Assembly (NCBI RefSeq): GCF_006345805.1
Contig: NC_042997.1
Coordinates: 36,890,001-36,954,000, forward strand
Length of the DNA stretch: 64,000 bases
Reading direction: 5' to 3'
DNA from: Octopus sinensis
Lineage: Eukaryota
Below, piece after piece: positions 1 to 12,220 of this stretch. The position numbers and the translations under genes are program-made. The notes under the pieces are model-generated. The model was not told where the DNA came from, searched no databases, and saw only the letters and a program-made list of their open reading frames with translations. Each line of letters begins with the position of its first letter. Within the stretch, counting starts at the first letter, position 1.

Positions 1-1228
1 TCAAAGTTTTTAAAGCTGGTCGAATGTATGATTGAAAACTGTAGATATGTAAATTTGTAAATTTCTTAACTTATTTTGAAGGGCTGTTCTGTATTATTTG
101 TGAATAGAGAAGTTGTGTTCGACCAGAGAGAATCTTAGCATCATTATTTTTTCCATGTGCGTTTGTGTTATTGCAATAAAAAATGTTTGTATATTTCGTG
201 CTTATTTTGAAGGGCTATTCTGTATTATTTGTGAATAGAGAAGCTGTGTTCGACCAGAGAGAATCTTAGCATCATTATTTTTTCCATGTGCGTTTGTGTT
301 ATTGCAATAAAAAGTGTTAGTATATTTCGTGCAAGGTAATATTGTGGAGGTTGAAGTTGACCCCTCTAGAGATGTTTGTATGTCCAGTTAGAGGAACAGG
401 TGTGTTTTGCAATAAAGAGTATATGTTTACATTTATATTTGAATATTCTGGGAGGAAGCAAGAAAAGTCAGATTTTCATAGAAAGTTTTAGGGTTTTGTA
501 AGTCCACAAAAAGAAAAAAAAGAAAAGCGTGATGTTTTTAGAGAGAAGAAAAAAAAAGGATGTTTACAGAGGCAATTGTGGGTATCAAAGTTTTTAAAGC
601 TGGTCGAATGTATGATTGAAAACTGTAGATATGTAAATTTGTAAATTTCTTAACTTATTTTGAAGGGCTGTTCTGTATTATTTGTGAATAGAGAAGTTGT
701 GTTCGACCAGAGAGAATCTTAGCATCATTATTTTTTCCATGTGCGTTTGTGTTATTGCAATAAAAAATGTTTGTATATTTCGTGCTTATTTTGAAGGGCT
801 ATTCTGTATTATTTGTGAATAGAGAAGCTGTGTTCGACCAGAGAGAATCTTAGCATCATTATTTTTTCCATGTGCGTTTGTGTTATTGCAATAAAAAGTG
901 TTAGTATATTTCGTGCAAGGTAATATTGTGGAGGTTGAAGTTGACCCCTCTAGAGATGTTTGTATGTCCAGTTAGAGGAACAGGTGTGTTTTGCAATAAA
1001 GAGTATATGTTTACATTTATATTTGAATATTCTGGGAGGAAGCAAAGAAAAGTCAGATTTTCATAGAAAGTTTTAGGGTTTTGCAAGTCCACAAAAAGAA
1101 AAGCGTGATGATTTTAGAGAGAAGAAAAAAAAGGGTGCTTACAGAGGCAGTTGTGGGTATTAAAGTTTTTAAAGCCGATCGGATGTATGTTTGAAAGCTG
1201 CAGATATGTAAATTTGTAAATTTCTTAA
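1..1228. repeat. Tandem repeat of about 584-bp period (two units plus start of a third), each unit with an internal 131-bp duplication
   Basis: tcaaagtttttaaagctggtcgaatgtatg occurs at 1 and 585, with a diverged copy at about 1160. cttattttgaagggc recurs at 70 and 201. The array may continue before the window. Confidence 0.9.
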
Positions 1229-1397
1229 CCCACTTTGAAGAGAATTTCAAATACTCACGAGGTATTGTAGATGTTCCAGTCTTTGAGAGTTATTTTTCCC
1301 CGTTGCTAAACTGGCCCATATTAGTGTTTCTATGACTTTCAGCCACCGAACTGTCAGAGCAGTGAGTAACACGTCCAGCCGCTGTCAAGGCTGGCGC

Positions 1398-1431
<34 letters not shown>

Positions 1432-1434
<3 letters not shown>

Positions 1435-1962
1435 TAGTTTTATTTTTATAGCGTGCTTTCACTTCACTACCGAGCGCAGCTCTGTGTGCCTTGGGTATGT
1501 GCTGTGATTTGTTGTGATGCTCTGATGGTTATTGTATGGAAAGTGTTCTGCGTAGGATGTGTGCAGTGCCTAGTAGTGCAATTTTCTGTATAATATATGT
1601 GTTTGTAAGTCCTGGTGTTTTTGTTATGTATTTGTCTGAATATTTTTTTATCATGCCTAATGCACCTACTATGATAGGAATTGTTTCTGTTTTCAGATTC
1701 CACATTCTAGTTACCTCTATTTCCAGGTCTTTGTATTTTGAGAGTTTCTCCATTTCTTTTAGAGACACGTTGTCATCTGCCGGTATTGATACATCAATAA
1801 GAAAGCATTTTTTTTCTTCATGATCTCTGTCAACTATATCTGGTCTGTTGGCCTTAATTTCTCTATCTGTGTGTATCGGCATATCCCAGAGTATGGTTGC
1901 TTTCTCGTTTTCTGTAACCTTTTCTGGTGTGTGCCTATACCATCTTTTTTCTGTTGTTATTC

Positions 1963-1963
<1 letters not shown>
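1432..1963 (-). mobile_element. 5'-truncated R4/Dong-clade non-LTR retrotransposon (restriction-like endonuclease domain and 3' end)
   Basis: Translation WYRHTPEKVTENEKATILWDMPIHTDREIKANRPDIV...CFLIDVSIP...KEMEKLSKYKDL...IIVGALG matches the PD..D/E..K RLE domain of R4/Dong. (TAA)n lies on both sides (1398-1431 and 1964-2026). Confidence 0.85.

Positions 1964-2026
<63 letters not shown>
1964..2026. repeat. (TAA)n microsatellite
   Basis: Directly visible; it produces the poly-N, poly-I and poly-L ORFs in the track. Confidence 0.98.
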
Positions 2027-2105
2027 TTTCAGGTCACTGTATGGAATCCTCGAACTCGGAATCTTGGGGTTAGTGGCCATATGCCCGTGGGCAATTATGG
2101 AGTGA
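2027..2105 (-). mobile_element. Short tRNA-headed SINE remnant with a TAA tail
   Basis: Minus strand reads cccacgggcatatggccactaaccccaagattccgagttcga...gtgacctgaaaaataataat, with a B-box-like gttcga followed by the TAA repeat. Confidence 0.5.
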
Positions 2106-2119
2106 AATTTAGGGCAGAT

Positions 2120-2984
2120 CAATCTAATATTCTCCTATCTTTCCTTAATACCTCTTCGCATATGCTGTTCATATCTGCACTCGGTCTGCTTAGTAGATTG
2201 CTGTCCTAGCATATGTGCTGATTCTTTCAGTTTTCGTATTTTCCAGTGGTGTTCTCTGCCTATTATTTTAACTTAATCCCACAAGGGGATGTGGTCTCCA
2301 TTTTCCCATACATGATCAGCTTTACCAGATTTATCAATTTCACAGCTTTGCGATGTTCCTCTACACTTATTTTGAGGGGGTAGCATGTTTCACCTTTGTA
2401 TAACCAACCATAGCTTCATGGGATGGAGTACACGCAGTTCTTAGTCATATTCTCTTCTATTGGTGGTTTTACTCGAAGGAGATATTTGCTAAGTGTAGTA
2501 TTACTTTTGGATACTGTCCTAATGTCATATGGGCAGCATATCTTTTGTATCTTTTCGGAGCGGCCTTTCACATAGGGTAGACAGACTGTGGACAGTTTAC
2601 CGGTTTCATCCCATCTTTTCTTCCTATTGGAGTGGAGAGTATGTTTTTGGGATAGTTGCTGCTTAATAGATTGTTACTGAACTTGATCGTTTCTTCGTGG
2701 TGGGTATCACAATCTCTACTTATATTCATTGTTCAATGTATTAGGCACTGAGCAATCCCTCTCTTTACACAGTACGGATGGTAGGAGATGGAGTTGAGGT
2801 ATTGTCCTGTGAAGGTCGGCTTGTGGTATACGTAAGTCCTGAATCCATACTTGGTGCGTGTTATTAATACGTACAGGAATACTAGATGATTGTCTTTTTC
2901 GTTTTCATTGTGAAATGTATGGATGGCTTTATTGAGTTCAAATGATCTAGCCGAATGAAAGACATAAGTCAATCTAATTGTCAT
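2120..2984 (-). mobile_element. Degraded Penelope-like element (RT C-terminus and GIY-YIG endonuclease)
   Basis: LVFLYVLITRTKYGFRTYVYHKPTFTGQYLN..YHPYCVKRGI resembles the PLE RT thumb. NCVYSIP*SYGWLYKGETCYPLKISVEEHRKAV...REHHWKIRKLKESAHML resembles GIY-YIG. Stops are present. Confidence 0.8.
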
Positions 2985-2999
2985 ATAACTGCGCGAGAG

Positions 3000-3335
3000 A
3001 TTTCATATATGTTAAATGAATCTCAGAAAACAATTGAAAATCATTTAAAATATCTCGTGCCTGTTAAGAAGCTCGATATTTGGGTTCCATATAAATTGAA
3101 AGAGATTCACTGAACACAACAAATCAATATGTGCCATATGCATCTCACACGCAATGAAATCAATCTTTGTTTGAAACGAATCATCACTGGTGATACAAAA
3201 GTGGATTGTTTGCAATAAAATCACTCGAAAACAATCACGGTTCAAGCGTAATGAACCAGCACAAACCACATCGAAAGCTGAATTGCATCAAAACGATCTC
3301 ATGCTGTCAATTTGGTGGGATTACGAAGTGCTGCT
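3000..3335 (+). mobile_element. Mariner transposase fragment
   Basis: KLDIWVPYKL...LKRIITGD(E)KWI...RNEPAQTTSKAELHQ...MLSIWWDYE contains the WVPHEL-like and ITGDEKW motifs, with a frameshift. Confidence 0.8.
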
Positions 3336-3518
3336 TCAGATATGCAATTAGTATCTGTCACTACACTACACCCGTAAAGTACATTTTCGGTCAAGTACTG
3401 ACATAAGTTTTTATTTGAGCAGTTGCACCCATTATTTAACATCACATAATTTTTATTGCGAGTGGGCCTTCCTATAATATTAGAACAGGATCTGTTCAAG
3501 TTGGCTCATAAGTACTTT

Positions 3519-4070
3519 TTAACCAGTAAGTTTTAAACTTCGTATACCGGTGGAATTTGTCACCCAGAACACTGTTTACTCTGCAAATGTTTGACAAAAT
3601 TTCGTATTTTAGAATTTATTTCGTGTTAAAGTTGTCGTATTTGGGTAATTTTTGCCAATCATCGATGTATATTCAGTCGAAGAAAGCTACTTCCGGGTCA
3701 TCTCTACTAAATGTCACCACGCTGTTCTGTTTTATTTTTTTGTTTACTTGCTATGTTGGATACCAAACGCTTTTTGGGGTTTTTTTAGGTTCTCGCGTCA
3801 GGGTAACCAGTCCGCAGCTAGCTTTTTGGTTGTTGACGTGCATTTAGTTTCAAGATGATTTATTTTACAATTATGAGAGGAATTGTTATCGCAAACAGCA
3901 GTAGCTTTCTTTAAATGAATGCAAGTCGTTGATTGGCTAAAATTGCCCAAATACGACATCTTTAACACGATATAACTTCTAAAATACGAATTTTTCAAAA
4001 ATATTCAGAGTAAACAGTGCTCTTAGTGAGAATTTCCACCAGTATACGAAGTTACAAACTTTTTAGTTAA
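3519..4070. mobile_element. Non-autonomous foldback DNA transposon (MITE-like) bounded by TTAA, piggyBac-type
   Basis: Imperfect inverted repeats of about 175 bp at 3515-3691 and 3900-4074. TTAA occurs at 3519-3522 and 4067-4070. Confidence 0.65.
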
Positions 4071-4081
4071 AAAGAATTAAT

Positions 4082-5090
4082 TTAAAAATCTGTGCTCCGC
4101 ACTGTACAGATCCTTAGGATATATAGAACCATGACATGATCTTGTGAGTTAATATTGCTGGTATAGGTGCTACCAGGAGTAATATTACTAGTACTGGGAT
4201 CATTACCATTAAAATTCGTTGCTAAGCCCGGTGTAAGGGAATGTGGATAATCAGCATAGCCGTAAGAGAATACAGCCTCAGATTTTGACACTAAGGGTTT
4301 GTGGGTGGGCGATATAACAGAATGGTAGTTGGCGTTATATTCATTGAGCGTAGCAACGACAGCTATATTTGCGTCCAGATTAGGGAATGTTCAATAGGAT
4401 ACCCTAACATTTTTACGGGAGAGTAAACGGTTGTATCTATGTTACGAAGGGATGCTTTGCTACGTAATTTGCGAAATAATTCATGTGACGGAAGGAAGTA
4501 TGTTAAATAATTTGCTGCATGAATTAGTATCTATTACGTAATTGAAGGGAGGTTTATAACAAATTACGCTACTTTTTTTCTCATATTTTTCCTTTGTATC
4601 ATCTATGCTTCTTATAATTAGTTGCTGATCCATGTTATTGCTTGTATTATTGCCGAAATGTTCACTGACCCTATTGATAGCATACTTACTATTCTCCCTG
4701 TTAGTAACCACCCAGATCCCCCTATCAGTATACCTAATATTTATTCCCTGGACCACATCAACACGTTTATTAAAATTATTATTTTAATTTTTACCGCCTT
4801 TATTATTAACGAATATTTTTGGCCTTCTAATTTCACAACTTCAACTTAAAGGGTTAGTGATAATCTTCATGCGATTTCTCTGTACTTCATTTTCAAGTAT
4901 GGGCGATTTAATCAGGCCTTTGGGTATACCAGAATTAGTAGAGTCTGTATAACATCATCCAAACTTCTCTTAATTGCATTGGTATATATTATAACGTAAT
5001 TATCACCATCGGCATCTTCAATTCGCATATCATTACTTCTCCAGTCTCTCAAATAAACCAGTCTATCTGTTTCCAGTTTACTTCATCTAA
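4082..5090 (-). pseudogene. Degraded coding-like segment of unknown origin
   Basis: Long minus-strand reading frames broken by few stops and frameshifts, e.g. VQGINIRYTDRGIWVVTNRENSKYAIN...VICYKPPFNY and YGYADYPHSLTPGLATNF. No family recognised. Confidence 0.3.
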
Positions 5091-5640
5091 CCCCAGTCAC
5101 AAATTATAAATATCATATTACAACTTCTTGCAAATTCTTAACCTAATCCCACCCGCTAATGCACATAAGAGCCAATTTTTTACGTGTGTGTTTCTCGCCT
5201 TTCACGGTCAGCTTTGGCTGACTTTACGCATCTTCCCACTGTATTCATTAGTTATTCTATTGTTTTGACATGTTTCATCTCATAATTATGGCTTTTTTGA
5301 AGTGATGTATTGTACACATTCTTCGATTAAAATGCGTTATAGGAGATATAATGAACAGATATTTATGCATTGTCTGATATTCTTTATTTGCTTGTAATGC
5401 ACCATATGTATACACGACACATGGCACACCCTGGAGTATACAGAAGAACATATGAACAACACAACGTGTATTTTGGACCGGCCCCTAAGCGCTTAAAACT
5501 CACAGGGTTGGTATCCTCAACGTGCAAAACCTAACTATTTTGCTGGATATTTAATCGAACATATGTGGTGACCACAGTTTTATCCAATCCTACTCGGCGT
5601 ATATCCTTTTAAGCACCTAATTCTATGAAGAATACATACA

Positions 5641-5749
5641 TGTATGTAATGTAACTTTTCTGAAACTTCAGATTTTTAAATATGCTAGACCACTGGTTTT
5701 AAATTGATATTACTTAAATTAATATTCAATTGTTCACCCTTATTATTTT

Positions 5750-5803
<54 letters not shown>

Positions 5804-6345
5804 ACATTAATGTGGTTTTAGTGTCAAGCATGGTGGTATCTTTTTGATACGCTTAATCGTGTGTATATATATATATATACTCTTTTACTCTTTTACTCTT
5901 TTACTTGTTTCAGTCATTTGACTGCGGCCATGCTGGAGCATCGCCTTTAGTCGAGCAAATCGACCCTGGGACTTATTCTTTGTAAGACCAGTACGGTCTC
6001 CTTTTGCCGCACCGCTAAGTGACGAACACAGGCACACAAACACACACACACATATATATATACATATATACGACAGGCTTCTTTCAGTTTCCAAATCCAC
6101 TCACAAGGCATTGGTCGGAAGACATTTGCCCAAGATGCCACGCAGTGGGACTAAACCCGGAGCCATGTGGTTGATTAGCAAGCTACTTACCACACAGCCA
6201 CTCCTGCACCTATACATATATATATATATAATCTAAAATAATAAGGGTGAAAAATTGAATATTCATTTGATTAATATCAATTTAAAACCAGTAGTCTAGT
6301 ATATTTAAAAATCTATAGTTTCAGAAAAGTTATGTTACATACATA
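5641..6345. repeat. Inverted pair of about 117-bp repeats (5641-5757 and 6229-6345) enclosing (TA)n and a SINE
   Basis: tgtatgtaatgtaacttttctgaaac...cacccttattattttaaattat matches the reverse complement of 6229-6345 with scattered mismatches. Confidence 0.8.
5880..6212 (-). mobile_element. SINE family A (tRNA-like head aggagtggctgtgtggtaag, (gtaaaaga)n tail)
   Basis: Near-identical to copies at 11792, 20121, 32317, 33098 and 58464. Confidence 0.9.
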
Positions 6346-6353
6346 TAAAAGTG

Positions 6354-6562
6354 ATGACCTGTAAGTAGACATCAATTATGCCAGAAGAAGATCCGCTTTG
6401 GTCTAACCACTAAGAAAAGAATGTGCTCAAGAAAATTTAGCAAAACGCCAGAAAGTAAGCAAGCGAGACAAATGAAAAGATACAAAATATAGATTAATCA
6501 CAAACCATGTTAGACCATAGCGGATCTTCTTCTAGCATAATGGATATCCACTTACAGGTCAT
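6354..6562. mobile_element. Small MITE-like foldback with about 56-bp terminal inverted repeats
   Basis: atgacctgtaagtagacatcaattatgccagaagaagatccgctttggtctaac pairs with gttagaccatagcggatcttcttctagcataatggatatccacttacaggtcat. Confidence 0.7.
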
Positions 6563-7129
6563 ATATATTCTTAATGAGGATGTAAGATACGAGATTTTTT
6601 ATTACTCACTGCCTTTGTTTCAACCATCCATCATCGATCACTTACGTGTGTGGACCCCTTACTGAGTAGGATACTTAACAAGTGGTTCAGTAACATCCGA
6701 CGGTGCAGAGGATTTTCTTCGGCTGATGAATTGATATAACTCGTTAAAATAACCGTTACACAATTTATCACCTCAATACATGGGAAAAAAGCAGCAAGTT
6801 AAAGGAAATAACCTCATTATATAAAAGAAAACAATAATAAAATAACAGATGCAAAAAAGTGACGAAGAGGTAATGCAGGGTAAAAAAAGTATTAAATATA
6901 AACGTTAACGGATTTTGATATATAAACACCCTCTTGTAGGTTTCCTGAGGCAGGCCCCTCGCTCATACAAACATCTACGAAGACAGAAGCATACGCAGAC
7001 ATGTGATTTAGCACACGTGCGTTGACATAGCGAGTTCACTAGCTACTTAGTTTTTATAAGAATGGGGAGGTTGGAGCTAAATTTAATTCATCCATACCTT
7101 AAAGTGAATTATGTTAACAGTTACTCAAA

Positions 7130-8110
7130 TTCAATCCCGCTGCAATGTGTGACATTGCCCTTACATGCATGTAAGTATCCTGAGAGTCTTACAGAAATTG
7201 TATTAATGATCTTTTCATTGGTACGCAGAATTGAAAGGAATTCATTGCAGCAGAATCGGCATCTCCTTGTAATGATATAACACGGTTTTCCATGCATTGC
7301 TATAGACAAAGTTGAATGTTTTTATTGATTTTCTTGAAGCTGGTGACGTGGTCCCGATAACAGTTCTTGACTGAATCAGCCGTTACCCCAATGTAAACAT
7401 ATGATAATACCCTTGCGGGTACAGTATATTCATTCATAAGATTTGTTATCGAGATTCATCAAAGGACACTTTGATTTCTCTCTGTATGGGCATTTATTAT
7501 ATCTATTTGTATATATAGTAGTGCTGACTTCATTTTTCGATGTTATTACCCTGTTAGATACATCACAATCATTTCTACTCTCACGATTTATTCGTATCAA
7601 GTACTTTCCATCGCGGTTTACATCTCTAGTCTTGGTATTCTCATGTATATGATTGCTAGTTCCAGTAGGTGAGTTATTAAACTGTTGTTTCATTTTGCTG
7701 TTGGTAATGAGGTTCATAAGGCGGCGAGCTGGCAGAAACGTTAGCACGCCGGGCGAAATGCGTAGCCGTATTTCGTCTGCTGTTATGTTCTGAGTTCAAA
7801 TTCCGCCGAGGTTGACTTTGCCTTTCATCCTTTCGGGGTCGATTAAATAAGTACCAGCTACGCACTGGGGTCGATATAATCGACTTAATCCGTTTGTCCT
7901 TGTTTGTCCTCTCTGTGTTTAGCCCCTTGTGGGTAGTAATGAGGTTCATATGCCGTTTTATATAAATAAAGTTAGCGTATGGTAACTTCACGATTTCTCT
8001 AGTAAAAATAGCAAGGTATGTATTTGATTTGGAGAAATATGTGTCTAAAGCAGCAAAATATTTCCTTTGTTGAAACATGTGAATCAAAGACTGGGTTGTA
8101 ACAGAGAACA
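7130..8110 (-). mobile_element. Degraded Penelope-like element (linker, Cys motif, GIY-YIG region) interrupted by a SINE
   Basis: YFAALDTYFSKSNTYLAIFTREIVKLPY resembles the PLE linker. CPYREKSKCPL and RRCRFCCNEFLSIL resemble the PLE Cys motifs. Confidence 0.65.
7719..7935 (+). mobile_element. SINE family B with a 15-bp target-site duplication
   Basis: Head ggcggcgagctggcagaaacgttagc and B-box gagttcaaattc. gtaatgaggttcata occurs at 7704-7718 and 7936-7950. Confidence 0.9.
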
Positions 8111-8444
8111 TCAGGATTCCAATTTTTACTATTTGGCTTATTTATTCTAGTGTGTTGTATAACGTTGGGACAATTTATTGTGTCATAAGCAGTAGAGTTA
8201 TTGTGTTGTGTATTTTGAAGTTTTGTTATTAACTTATTGCCTTGACCGATTCTTTCTGGCCTGTACTCTCGCTCGGAGTCAGATCACCCACCGTAACGAT
8301 GTGTTTGCGTACAATGTATATTATTATTGGAGGAATTGGCAAGATTATGTATGTATGTCTGTGTCTTGTATGTATTGAATTTTCTCACAGTTTCCAGCCG
8401 TCGCTAAAGTTGTATGGTAATATCGTGCATGTGATTCGAAAATT

Positions 8445-8700
8445 TATGTATGTGTGTTTGTGTCTGTTGTTTGTGTCTGTTGTTTGTCCCCCACCACCAT
8501 CGTTGCTTGACAACCAAGGTTGGTTTGTTTAGGTCCCCGTAACTTAGCGTTTTGGCAAAAGTGACCGATAGAATAAGTACCAGGACTTTCTTTATAATCC
8601 TGGTCTTTTTTGCTGAACTGCTAATGTTACCGTGACGTAAATACACCTACATCGGTTGTCAAGCGATGGTGGAGGGAAAAACATAGACGCAATGACACAT
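8445..8700. mobile_element. Two diverged SINE family A fragments in inverted orientation
   Basis: gcttgacaacc...gtccccgtaacttagcg on + is followed by gaactgctaatgttaccgtgacgtaaatacacc...ggttgtcaagcgat, its reverse-complement version. Confidence 0.6.
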
Positions 8701-8717
8701 TCACATAAATATATATA

Positions 8718-8799
<82 letters not shown>

Positions 8800-8994
8800 A
8801 ATAAGGATAATATCGATATTTAAATATCGATATTATCAAGTGGCCAGCATGGGAAAAAATACCATACAAAGGTAATAATTTTTTACAACTAAAGATAAGG
8901 GTGTCTCTCAGACACCCTTATTTTTAGTTATATATATATATATACGATGGGTTTCTTTCAATTTCCGTCTCTCTCTCTGTCTTTCACTCTCTGT

Positions 8995-9058
<64 letters not shown>

Positions 9059-9947
9059 AGACATCGAATTATATACACACACAGAATTAATCTTAGATTG
9101 TACAGTGACCCTACAGTGACATTGATATGCCTATCTATCTCGGACGAAGGTCGTATTAGTAAAACAATTAAAGATAGGATTATACTAACCCTCAGATCCA
9201 TATTTAAACTTACGCTATGGTCAACCACACTGGATATTATTGGTCGATTCAATTTCCCTCGAAAATAGAAGCAGCAATAAATATTTACTGCTGTATTATC
9301 TCTAATCACTATTGTAGAATTTATATAATACTTCTGAAAAAGGCAATTGTATTAATTCAGCAGAATTGTAATTTAACAAACCATGTGTTATTGTAATAGC
9401 TAATCGGTTTAAAATGAAAATAATAAAAAAACGAAAAATGTCAGAGGGTGATATGCTAGCTTAAAGAAAGAGATTATGAAACTTGGAGTTAGCAATGCGG
9501 AAGAGAAAGGCCAAAACTTAAAATCAGTGTTTAGTTATGGAATAATAAATTATAAATACGAATAATAATCACTTTCTAATGGAGGATATTAGAAATAGAC
9601 ATTTAAAAAAAAACTACTTTAATTTCTACCCGGAACAATAACAATTTCACTAAACCTAATAGTATATATTCTAATATGATAATGAGTGCACTGTTTTTAT
9701 ATATTTGTATATAGGAGAGAAAATAGTAATTCTGTGAAGGTGAAGTAGCGAGAATAATAGCCCTGACTTAGAGAGAGAGGAAAAGAGAGATACTGAGAGA
9801 CACTAACAGAAATGGAGAAAGGAAGGGGTGAAAAAATAAGCATTTCAATTCTGTTGAGTATATGTGTGTGTACGTAAAAAAGGAGGCATGTGAATGTTTG
9901 TGTGTGTGTATGATTATTTTAATGATTTCGAGGCGACACACACGCAC

Positions 9948-10037
<90 letters not shown>

Positions 10038-10599
10038 GCACACTACATAGATACTTCGTACATATTTTTCAAGTGTATGCTTGTCTATATGCATAGCGTA
10101 ATTTTTCTGCTTCTATTTTGGCTATTTTGACACAAGTGGAATAGGAAAGTTTATCAGCACAGAAACTATTCTCTTCAAGTAGATTTTAGCTCCCTCGAAG
10201 AATATAAATATATATGCATATAATTTTTATTTATGCATGTATATAAATATGCTCAAATATAAATATTTACTAGTACCGATCTTTGAGGAAATCAAATGCA
10301 GCTATTTTTATTTCAACCAAAGATTCAGTACGCATAAATTGAATGACAAAAGGACACTCATTTCGACAATATTCACATGCTATGTTACAGAATGTTTGTG
10401 CAAAATGTGACGATATTTATGTATCATTTTCTTTTCTCTGTGAGCAGCGTTGGAGAACATAAAGTTTAAATTTGTATATGAGAAAAAGTTAGCTGGCAAT
10501 GAGGACTGGAACTTATCTGCATACTGGAAATGAATTACCATCATCGTGATAATTTGTGTTTGGTATGAAAATGACGGATGCGCAAAGTTTTATGAATAT

Positions 10600-11470
10600 T
10601 GTAAAGACTGTAAGATATGACCTGGGAAGCGGAAACAGAGACCACGAAGTAGTAGCCAGAAAGAAAGAACACAGCAGGCGTTGATTCCACATCTGCTGGA
10701 CGAGTTGATAAAACGTCCGTGGAAAGGAATCCGTTGTTTGGAGAGAGGGATGGACGTCGGGGTGTCGCTATGACACTTTTCTTTTAACAAGGACTTTTGA
10801 TATCTCTTGTTCAAGAGTGCAAGGGAGTAATTCTGAGAGCCATGTCCAAGGATAACCGCTTGTCGAAGGCTAAAATGCTGCTGACCATACTTTTATGTTG
10901 GGGGTGACCTACGTTTTCTCCTATCAAACTAACTTCTACTAGAACAAGTTGTACATCACAGAACGATAGGTGGTTTCCCTACAACATATATGATGACCCA
11001 CATATCATCACAATCAGGTTCAACCAAAGTGAAATGGCCTTTGGCTGTGTCGCTAGCAACGGTGATATCATGCCGCTCCACACACCCGAAAGGGGACTTA
11101 GGCGCAAATTCAAATATCTAGGTGAAGATGCTTCAGATTTTGTTAAATTTCTGGCTGGATAAGGTTGCTACTGGAAGTTCATGCGTTTGGCAGCAGGATC
11201 CATCTGTTTACTAAACTCCCAGATAAGTCTCATAGTGTAGTTGGAGTATTTCGAATATTTCACGTGACTCAAATCCGCAGTTGGTAATTCCACCGATTTT
11301 AATCCCATGGATTACTAAATCTGGGGCGCTTTTGAAAAAGAAGTCAACCACTCTGCCCGAAACGCCAAGTCCAAGCGTAGGACAAAGATGAAAGAGGTGT
11401 TAAAAACTTTTCCGAGGGACACAGTCAAGAATGCTTGCGCTAGTTTATTTTTTTTCTACTGTGTTGAGGC
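10600..11470 (+). mobile_element. Degraded maT (DD37D, Tc1/mariner superfamily) transposase
   Basis: WLDKVATGSSCVWQQDPS and NSTDFNPMDY*IWGAFEKEVNHSA match the maT motifs WLERVAAGRPYVWQQDSAP and NSPDLNPMDY.VWG. Confidence 0.7.
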
Positions 11471-11714
11471 TGTGGTGCACGCTTTAGAAAGAGCTAGAGA
11501 GAGCGAGAGAGAGAGAGAGAGAGCGAGAGAGAGGTAGAGAGAGAGGATGCAGTCCATGTGTGGGAAATAGAATCGAATGATCTTAATATCTTACATACAA
11601 TGACCTTGGATATTCTTTCACTTCCCTGATACGCGGTTTGAATTAAGTTTAGTTGGGGTTTATATACATGCGTGCATGCATACATATATACATACATACG
11701 TATGTATATATCTC

Positions 11715-11775
<61 letters not shown>

Positions 11776-11791
11776 TGCTAAATATGTATCA

Positions 11792-11941
11792 TAGGCGCAG
11801 GAGTGGCTATGTGGTAAGTAGCTTGCTTACCAACCACTTAATCATGGGTTCAGTCCCACTGCGTGGCGTCTTGGGCAAGTGTCTTCTACTATAGCCTCAG
11901 GCCTTGTGAGTGGATTTGGTAGACGGATTTAGAAGCCCGTC

Positions 11942-11979
<38 letters not shown>

Positions 11980-12220
11980 GTGTGTGTGTGTGTGTGTGTG
12001 TGTGTGTCATTGTGTTTCTGGATTTGTCCCCCCAACATCGCTTGACAACCGATCCTGGTGTGTTTATGTCCCCGTAACTTAGCGGTTCGGCAAAAGAGAC
12101 CGATATAATAAGTACTCGGATTACAAAGAATAAGTCCAGGGGTCGATTTGCTCGACTAGAGGCGGTGCTCCAGCATGGCCACGGTCAAATAACTGAAACA
12201 AGTAAAAGAATAAAAAAAAA
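11792..12220 (+). mobile_element. SINE family A, full length
   Basis: Runs from aggcgcaggagtggctatgtggtaag to gaaacaagtaaaagaa. Confidence 0.9.

Noticed and set aside
1529-2122. 197-aa ORF with poly-Asn as a single gene
   Set aside because: It is a chance fusion of a SINE head, (TAA)n and a Dong endonuclease fragment.
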